DNA of 64,000 nucleotides from Simkaniaceae bacterium (GTDB lineage Bacteria; Chlamydiota; Chlamydiia; Chlamydiales; Simkaniaceae): NCBI GenBank assembly GCA_018062315.1, contig JAGOSM010000001.1, positions 12,529 to 76,528 of the forward strand, read 5' to 3'. Shown piece by piece: positions 58,423 to 64,000 of this stretch (position 1 is its first letter; each line of letters starts with the position of its first letter). The notes under the pieces were generated by a model. It saw only the letters and a program-made list of their open reading frames with translations, ran no database searches and was not told where the DNA came from. The position numbers and the translations under genes were made by a program.

Positions 58423-59127
58423 ATGGATAAATCACAGATCTGGACGATGTTCGATAAAATTTCCCCTTCGTATGACCTAGTTAATAGACTTCTCTCCTTT
58501 TCCATCGATAAACGATGGAGAAAAAAATGTGCCGATTTTGTCCCAAACCGCCCCAATTTATGTCTCCTTGATATTGCGACAGGAACTGGGGATCAGCTCA
58601 TCGCTCTCATGGATCAATGCTCAAATATCAGACGGTCTCTCGGCATTGACATGGCAAGGGAGATGCTCTCCATTGGACGGGAAAAACTGAAGAAAAAAAG
58701 CTACAATCACCTTGTGGATTTAACCGATGGAACCGCACTTAGCCTTCCTGTTGCCTCATCGAGTATGGATGTGATTTCGATCGCTTTTGGAGTGCGCAAC
58801 TTTACAGATCTTGACCAATGTTTAAAAGAGTGTTTTAGGGCCCTTACTCCCGAGGGAAAACTGATTATTCTTGAATTTTCTCTTCCAAGAAACCAATGGA
58901 TTCGAAAATTTCACCTTTTCTATTTAAGAAAAATTGTCCCCTGGATCGGAGGGCTCATCTCTAAAAATCAGGAAGCCTACCGTTACCTAAATACAACGAT
59001 TGAATCTTTCCCATTTGGAGAAGAGTTTGTCAACATCATCCGTAAAGAGGGATTCTCTCAAGTTTCCTTTTTTCCATTAACTTTTGGAATTGCCACAATT
59101 TATGTTGCAGAGAGGTCTAAAACTTGA
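58423..59127 (+). CDS. ubiE: demethylmenaquinone methyltransferase
   Basis: MFDKISPSYDLVN, LDIATGTGD and FGVRNF motifs. ATG at 58423. Confidence 0.88.
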   Translation: MDKSQIWTMFDKISPSYDLVNRLLSFSIDKRWRKKCADFVPNRPNLCLLDIATGTGDQLIALMDQCSNIRRSLGIDMAREMLSIGREKLKKKSYNHLVDLTDGTALSLPVASSSMDVISIAFGVRNFTDLDQCLKECFRALTPEGKLIILEFSLPRNQWIRKFHLFYLRKIVPWIGGLISKNQEAYRYLNTTIESFPFGEEFVNIIRKEGFSQVSFFPLTFGIATIYVAERSKT

Positions 59128-59140
59128 TATCTTTCCCCGC

Positions 59141-60772
59141 ATGTCTTGGCCTCTACAACTTGTAAAAGAACTTGTGCATCAGGGTGTCCGCTCTTTTTGT
59201 TTGTCTCCTGGCTCGAGACAAACCCCCCTTGTTTTAGCCATTGCAAAACATCCCCTTGCCGAAATCATGGTTCACTACGATGAAAGAGGAATGGCATTTC
59301 ACGCCTTAGGAAGAGCTAAGGGATCAGGTCTACCCGTCGTTCTTCTCGTCACTTCAGGAACAGCAGTAGCCAATCTCTTCCCAGCAATTATAGAAGCAAA
59401 ACAGACACGAACCCCTCTCATTATCTTAACAGCCGATGTTCCTATTGAACAGGTGGATGTACATGCCGTGCAAGCGATTGACCAACATAACTTCTTTGGT
59501 CAATATGTGGTCTGGAATACAGATATTCCCTGTGAAGATGCGGCTATTTCTGAAGGATATATTGGGTCACTCGTAGCACAAGCTGTCTACCGATCAAAAA
59601 ATGGCCCCGTTCACCTCAATTGTCGATTTAGGGAACCTTTAATTTCTCAAGAACACATCAAGAGAAACCATAGGGCGCATACAGTCTATACAAAAACAAC
59701 CCAAATCATCGATGAGCCCTCCTTAGAGTATATCGCTGATGAACTCTCTGGGATTGAAAAAGGGATTATCGTCACAGGGCGCCTAGGCTCTTCCGAACTA
59801 GAACCCCTTTTTACCCTTGCTCGCAGGCTGAGATGGCCCATTCTTCCCGATATTTTATCTGAAGTACGCTCTGCAGGAAGTCATGAATTTGTCATCCCCC
59901 ATTTTGATTATATTCTCGACCAACCCGAAGCTATTCTCCACCTTGGAGATCAATTTGTTTCTAAAAAACTCCAAATGAAAGCCCCTCTTATCTGTCATGT
60001 TGCCTCCTATCCCGAGAGAGTTGATGCATCTCTTGCAGTAACCCACCGTATTGAGTGTCCTCCATTACTTTTTTGCGAAAAGCTCCATCCCCTCATTCCT
60101 GGATCTTCCTCTTCCACTTGGTTAAAAGAATGGAAGGATCGCTCTGTAACGGCTACAAAAAAACTCAAACAACAACAAACTGAACTCAGCGAAGTGTCGA
60201 TCCCCCTCCTTCTTTCTGAAATCCTCGATGATAAAAGGGGGCTTTTTTTAGGTAATAGCATGCCTATTCGAGATGCTAACCTCTTCTATTTCCCCAAACA
60301 AAAAGTGGGGCCTATTATTGCAAATCGGGGAGTATCTGGAATTGACGGAAATATTGCGAGCGCAATAGGATTTTCTATCGGCATTGATAAACCAGTGGTC
60401 GCTGTTCTAGGGGATCTTACTTTTCTCCATGATATGAATTCCTTAGCACAACATACTCCCTACCCGATGACTTATATTGTCATCAATAATGGAGGAGGAG
60501 GCATTTTCTCCTTTCTTCCCATTCATGAACAGAAGGAAGTATTTGAGTCATTTTTTGCAACCCCCCACACCTACCACTTTGATAAAGTCGCTGAAATGTT
60601 TCATGTGGGGTATCAACGTATTTCAAATTTAGACACTTTAAAAGAACATCTCTTAGCCTCAAAAGATGACTCTCAAATTCTAGAGGTCGTCACATGTCGA
60701 GAAGAAAACCTAAAACTTCACCGCAGTTTAGAAATGACCTGCCAACCCTCGAAGGAGTTTGCATATGACTAG
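59141..60772 (+). CDS. menD: 2-succinyl-5-enolpyruvyl-6-hydroxy-3-cyclohexene-1-carboxylate synthase
   Basis: ThDP-enzyme blocks ([38 protein letters not shown]). ATG at 59141. Confidence 0.88.
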   Translation: MSWPLQLVKELVHQGVRSFCLSPGSRQTPLVLAIAKHPLAEIMVHYDERGMAFHALGRAKGSGLPVVLLVTSGTAVANLFPAIIEAKQTRTPLIILTADVPIEQVDVHAVQAIDQHNFFGQYVVWNTDIPCEDAAISEGYIGSLVAQAVYRSKNGPVHLNCRFREPLISQEHIKRNHRAHTVYTKTTQIIDEPSLEYIADELSGIEKGIIVTGRLGSSELEPLFTLARRLRWPILPDILSEVRSAGSHEFVIPHFDYILDQPEAILHLGDQFVSKKLQMKAPLICHVASYPERVDASLAVTHRIECPPLLFCEKLHPLIPGSSSSTWLKEWKDRSVTATKKLKQQQTELSEVSIPLLLSEILDDKRGLFLGNSMPIRDANLFYFPKQKVGPIIANRGVSGIDGNIASAIGFSIGIDKPVVAVLGDLTFLHDMNSLAQHTPYPMTYIVINNGGGGIFSFLPIHEQKEVFESFFATPHTYHFDKVAEMFHVGYQRISNLDTLKEHLLASKDDSQILEVVTCREENLKLHRSLEMTCQPSKEFAYD

Positions 60773-61580
60773 CTGGACTTTACACGGCCATTTTTCTGAT
60801 ATTTACTACCATAAACAACCTGGCATAGCAAAAATCACCATTAATCGACCTCACGTTCATAATGCCTTCAGGCCCCTTACAGTAGAAGAAATGAGCGCTG
60901 CCCTTACCGATGCAAGGCACGATCCCGACATTGGAGTGATTATCCTGACAGGTCAAGGGGACCTCGCTTTTTGCTCCGGAGGAGATCAGAAAATCCGAGG
61001 GCATGCCGGATATGCAGATGAAGACGGAAGAGACCGGCTCAACGTCCTCGATTTTCAACAGCAAATGCGTCTTTGCCCAAAACCGATCATCGCCATGGTG
61101 GCAGGCTATGCTATTGGAGGGGGACATGTATTACATGTGATGTGTGATTTAACGATTGCAGCTGAAAATGGAGTTTTTGGACAAACAGGTCCCAAAGTCG
61201 GCTCTTTTGATGGAGGGTTTGGCGCAAGTTACTTAAGTCGCATTGTAGGGCAAAAAAAAGCGAGAGAAATCTGGTATTTATGTAGGCAATATTCTGCTCA
61301 AGAAGCTTTGGATATGGGTCTTGTGAATGCTGTTGTCCCTCTAGAAGACCTTGAAAAAACAACCCTTGAGTGGTGTCATGAAATGTTGCGTCACTCGCCT
61401 CTTGCTCTCCGTTGTTTAAAATCAGCTCTCAACGCAGATTGCGATGGACAATCAGGCCTTCAACAACTCGCCGGTAATGCCACTTTATTGTACTACATGT
61501 CAGATGAAGCCAAGGAAGGGCATCAAGCCTTCTTAGAAAAAAGAACCCCAGATTTTAGCCCCTTCCCCAGAAGACCATGA
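60765..61580 (+). CDS. menB: 1,4-dihydroxy-2-naphthoyl-CoA synthase
   Basis: Crotonase fold: [30 protein letters not shown] and the C-terminal KR.PDFS.F tail. ATG at 60765 is preceded by GAAGGAG. Confidence 0.92.
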   Translation: MTSWTLHGHFSDIYYHKQPGIAKITINRPHVHNAFRPLTVEEMSAALTDARHDPDIGVIILTGQGDLAFCSGGDQKIRGHAGYADEDGRDRLNVLDFQQQMRLCPKPIIAMVAGYAIGGGHVLHVMCDLTIAAENGVFGQTGPKVGSFDGGFGASYLSRIVGQKKAREIWYLCRQYSAQEALDMGLVNAVVPLEDLEKTTLEWCHEMLRHSPLALRCLKSALNADCDGQSGLQQLAGNATLLYYMSDEAKEGHQAFLEKRTPDFSPFPRRP

Positions 61581-62434
61581 TTTGGATAGAAGCTGCTCGT
61601 CCCAAAACTCTGATTGCCTCATTGAGCCCTATTTGTATTGGCAACGCCATCGTCTATTCCCATCCTGAGTGGAGCCTGAATGTATTTTTATGTACCCTTA
61701 TCGCTGCCCTTTCCATTCAAATTGGAACGAACTACGTCAATGATTACGCCGATGCCCTTCACGGAAGAGATACAGCGATCAGGAAGGGACCGAGAAGACT
61801 TACATCTGCCGGCTGCGTCACCCCTCGATCGATGAAAATAGCTGCATCGATTGCCTTTGTCCTAGCGTTTCTCTCTTCTCTTTTTTTGATTTATAAGGGG
61901 GGATATCCTATTGCGCTCTTAACTCTGATCTCGATTGGACTTGGATACCTCTATAGTTTAACCCGTTTTTCCCTTTCCTCAACGGGGACCGCAGATGTGT
62001 TTGTCCTTCTTTTTTTTGGAGTTCTTGCAACAGGATTTTCTGCCTACCTTCAGACAGGGTTTTATCTTAAAGAAGCTTTTTTAGCAGGGCTTGCCCCTGG
62101 AGCGCTTTCAACCGCCATCTTAGCTATAAACAACTTAAGGGATTACGAAGAAGATCTCCTCACGAATAAACGAACTCTCATTGTAAGACTTGGAAGAAAA
62201 GCGGGGTGTTTAGAATATCTTTTCGCAACTTACCTTGCAGCCATGACTCCCTGCCTCCTTATTCTGCTTACTAAAGGACATGTTTTTTCTCTTATGGCAA
62301 CCTTTTCCCTCTTCACCCTGCTCCCTCTCATTCACAATGTATTTCAGTTAACTCATCTCCCTCAGGTTTTATCAAAAACAGGATTTGCCCTCTTCTTATA
62401 CACCCTTCTTTTTACCATGGGATGGAATCTATGA
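61577..62434 (+). CDS. menA: 1,4-dihydroxy-2-naphthoate polyprenyltransferase
   Basis: UbiA-family membrane protein with the [12 protein letters not shown] (NxxxDxxxD) motif. ATGA overlap with menB. Confidence 0.88.
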   Translation: MIWIEAARPKTLIASLSPICIGNAIVYSHPEWSLNVFLCTLIAALSIQIGTNYVNDYADALHGRDTAIRKGPRRLTSAGCVTPRSMKIAASIAFVLAFLSSLFLIYKGGYPIALLTLISIGLGYLYSLTRFSLSSTGTADVFVLLFFGVLATGFSAYLQTGFYLKEAFLAGLAPGALSTAILAINNLRDYEEDLLTNKRTLIVRLGRKAGCLEYLFATYLAAMTPCLLILLTKGHVFSLMATFSLFTLLPLIHNVFQLTHLPQVLSKTGFALFLYTLLFTMGWNL

Positions 62435-63243
62435 ATGGAACAATTTACCAGTACGGTCGTGGATTTATCCTAGAACTAGAACAAGACGGGATGAAAGGGT
62501 ACGGAGAAATTTCTCCCTTACCAGGATGGAGTAAAGAATCCCCCTTTGAAGCCCTGCTCCAACTTTTATCCTCCCTTAGACAAGGCCCCTCTCTCAACCT
62601 CTATCCTTCTGTCTCCTTCGGCCTTACCTCAGCCTACCTCGATCTCATTCAACCTATCGAACCCTTTGAGGTAGAAGTTAAACCCAAAATCAAACTCGGT
62701 CACCTTTCGTTAAAAGAAGCTGAAAGCCTGATCTACCCAGGGTGTCGAGTCGATGTCAATAGACAGTGGCCCTTAGAAAAAGCCCTCTCTTTTTTTAAAA
62801 AATTCCCTCCTGGAATGTTCGATTACATTGAAGAACCCGTAGACAAACTTCAAGATATTCCCCTCTTTGTGAAAGAAACAGGACATCTAATTGCCTTAGA
62901 TGAAACAGTGAGAGAACAACCCCTATCCCTCCTATATCAAGTTCCTGGGGTCAAAGCTCTGATCATTAAACCGACAATGCAATCGAATACGATTGAGCTT
63001 CTTTCTCAAACAAAAATTCCGTGTGTTCTTTCTAGTAGCCATGAAACCCCCATCGGAATCCGTAGAATTGCTGAATTAAAACGTCGACTTCCTTTCCAAA
63101 CATATGCAATGGGGCTTCTTCCCCATCAAGAAATAGGAGGAGCTCTCCCTGTTTGGAATGGACGTCTCAAACTTAAAGAGATCAAATTTAACCCATGTTG
63201 TGCCCAATTGCTTACCACGCTCAAAAACGTCCGGGTTCTTTAG
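62422..63243 (+). CDS. menC: o-succinylbenzoate synthase (short enolase-superfamily form)
   Basis: KIKLG, VDVNRQW, YIEEP and ALDE metal-ligand-like blocks, plus its position in the men cluster. Confidence 0.7.
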   Translation: MESMNGTIYQYGRGFILELEQDGMKGYGEISPLPGWSKESPFEALLQLLSSLRQGPSLNLYPSVSFGLTSAYLDLIQPIEPFEVEVKPKIKLGHLSLKEAESLIYPGCRVDVNRQWPLEKALSFFKKFPPGMFDYIEEPVDKLQDIPLFVKETGHLIALDETVREQPLSLLYQVPGVKALIIKPTMQSNTIELLSQTKIPCVLSSSHETPIGIRRIAELKRRLPFQTYAMGLLPHQEIGGALPVWNGRLKLKEIKFNPCCAQLLTTLKNVRVL

Positions 63244-64000
63244 CCCTTGTCACCAAAGACCAATCCCTTACCTACCAAGATTGCGACCGGTTAATTGATC
63301 AAATCCCCCTACTGGAACTCTTTGCTAAAATAAGGAAAAATGAGCCCTATTGCCCCATTAACCCCAAACTCCCCCCCTTAGTACAGGCACAGCAACGAGA
63401 AATCCTTTCCTCTATTCGGGGCTTTGCCACGTGCCTTTTCACCTCAGGATCAACAGGACACCCAAAAATCGCTTGCCACACCCTTGAAAACCACTTTTAT
63501 TCTGCAATGGGATCGAATATGCATATCCCCCTTTCCTTAGGAGATAAATGGCTTCTCACCCTCCCTCTCTACCACATCTCAGGTATAGCTCTTCTCTTCC
63601 GTGCGTTTATGGCAGGCATTACGGTGGTGCTTCCTGGAGCTTCTCTCCAACCTACCCACGTCTCACTCGTTCCCACCCAACTACAAAAACTTTCCCTACA
63701 AGAAAGATCCCTTTTTAAAGTCATTTTACTCGGAGGAGCTCCTATTCCCCAAGAGTTGATCAGAGACAATGTCTACCCAACCTACGGGATGACTGAAATG
63801 ACATCTCAAATCATGACAAAAGGAAAAGTTCTTCCTTTTAGAGAAATGGACATTCGAGACAAACGCATTTTTGTCAGAGGGAAAACTTTGTTTGCGGGGT
63901 ATTTTTCTGAAGATGGATTGATCAAACCCTTTGATAAAGAGGGATGGTTTTATACAGGAGATCTCACAGATGGAACCTCCATTTGGCGCGAAGATCGCCT
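63195..64000 (+). CDS. menE: o-succinylbenzoate--CoA ligase, 3' end beyond the window
   Basis: Frame from ATG 63195 reads ..FTSGSTGHPKIA (AMP-binding motif), YGMTE and GWFYTGD. It is not in the ORF track because there is no stop in the window. Confidence 0.8.
   Translation, partial: MLCPIAYHAQKRPGSLALVTKDQSLTYQDCDRLIDQIPLLELFAKIRKNEPYCPINPKLPPLVQAQQREILSSIRGFATCLFTSGSTGHPKIACHTLENHFYSAMGSNMHIPLSLGDKWLLTLPLYHISGIALLFRAFMAGITVVLPGASLQPTHVSLVPTQLQKLSLQERSLFKVILLGGAPIPQELIRDNVYPTYGMTEMTSQIMTKGKVLPFREMDIRDKRIFVRGKTLFAGYFSEDGLIKPFDKEGWFYTGDLTDGTSIWREDR

Noticed and set aside
58365-58556. Upstream 64-codon extension of the IQ-motif protein ORF
   Set aside because: It would overlap the divergent ubiE gene and its promoter region. 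The internal ATG at 58364 gives a compact divergent arrangement, and the extension has no recognisable features.

Overview
The window appears to be chromosomal DNA from a member of the Chlamydiota, probably an environmental (amoeba-associated) lineage. This rests on an LL-diaminopimelate aminotransferase (DapL) lysine operon, a classical men cluster, many lineage-restricted ORFans and leucine-rich-repeat (LRR) genes; I could not run a search to confirm it. Core blocks: (1) an OppA-like lipoprotein and conserved hypotheticals (1-8 kb). (2) ddl, a GDPD-TreY fusion and an MFS transporter (8-12.7 kb). (3) A tightly packed minus-strand array, lysC-dapB-dapA-asd-lysA-dapL-flavoprotein (14.4-21.9 kb). 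(4) tRNA-Val-infC-rpmI-rplT-pheS (44.2-46.5 kb). (5) folC-like, PHP, murB, nusB, holB, tmk, gyrA, gyrB and DUF721 (47.5-57 kb). (6) ubiE/menG-menD-menB-menA-menC-menE (58.4-64 kb). Accessory content is concentrated in two places. The first is three translationally coupled, module-shuffled ORFan paralogs at 22.9-28.7 kb. The second is a roughly 10.5-kb accessory region at 33.6-44.3 kb. That region opens with a fully duplicated tRNA-Ser(UGA) gene bracketing decayed mobile elements (a group II intron 3' fragment, IS481-like and IS256-like fragments) and an LRR gene made of 66-bp tandem repeats. It continues with a four-gene cassette (large paralog, GNAT, large paralog, rhodanese) and a tandemly duplicated family of small proteins. 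The best candidates for an undescribed system are the paralog-GNAT-paralog-rhodanese cassette and the three-paralog array, and neither shows a motif I can assign. No rRNA genes or CRISPR arrays were seen. All calls come from reading the sequence and the ORF translations, with no database search.
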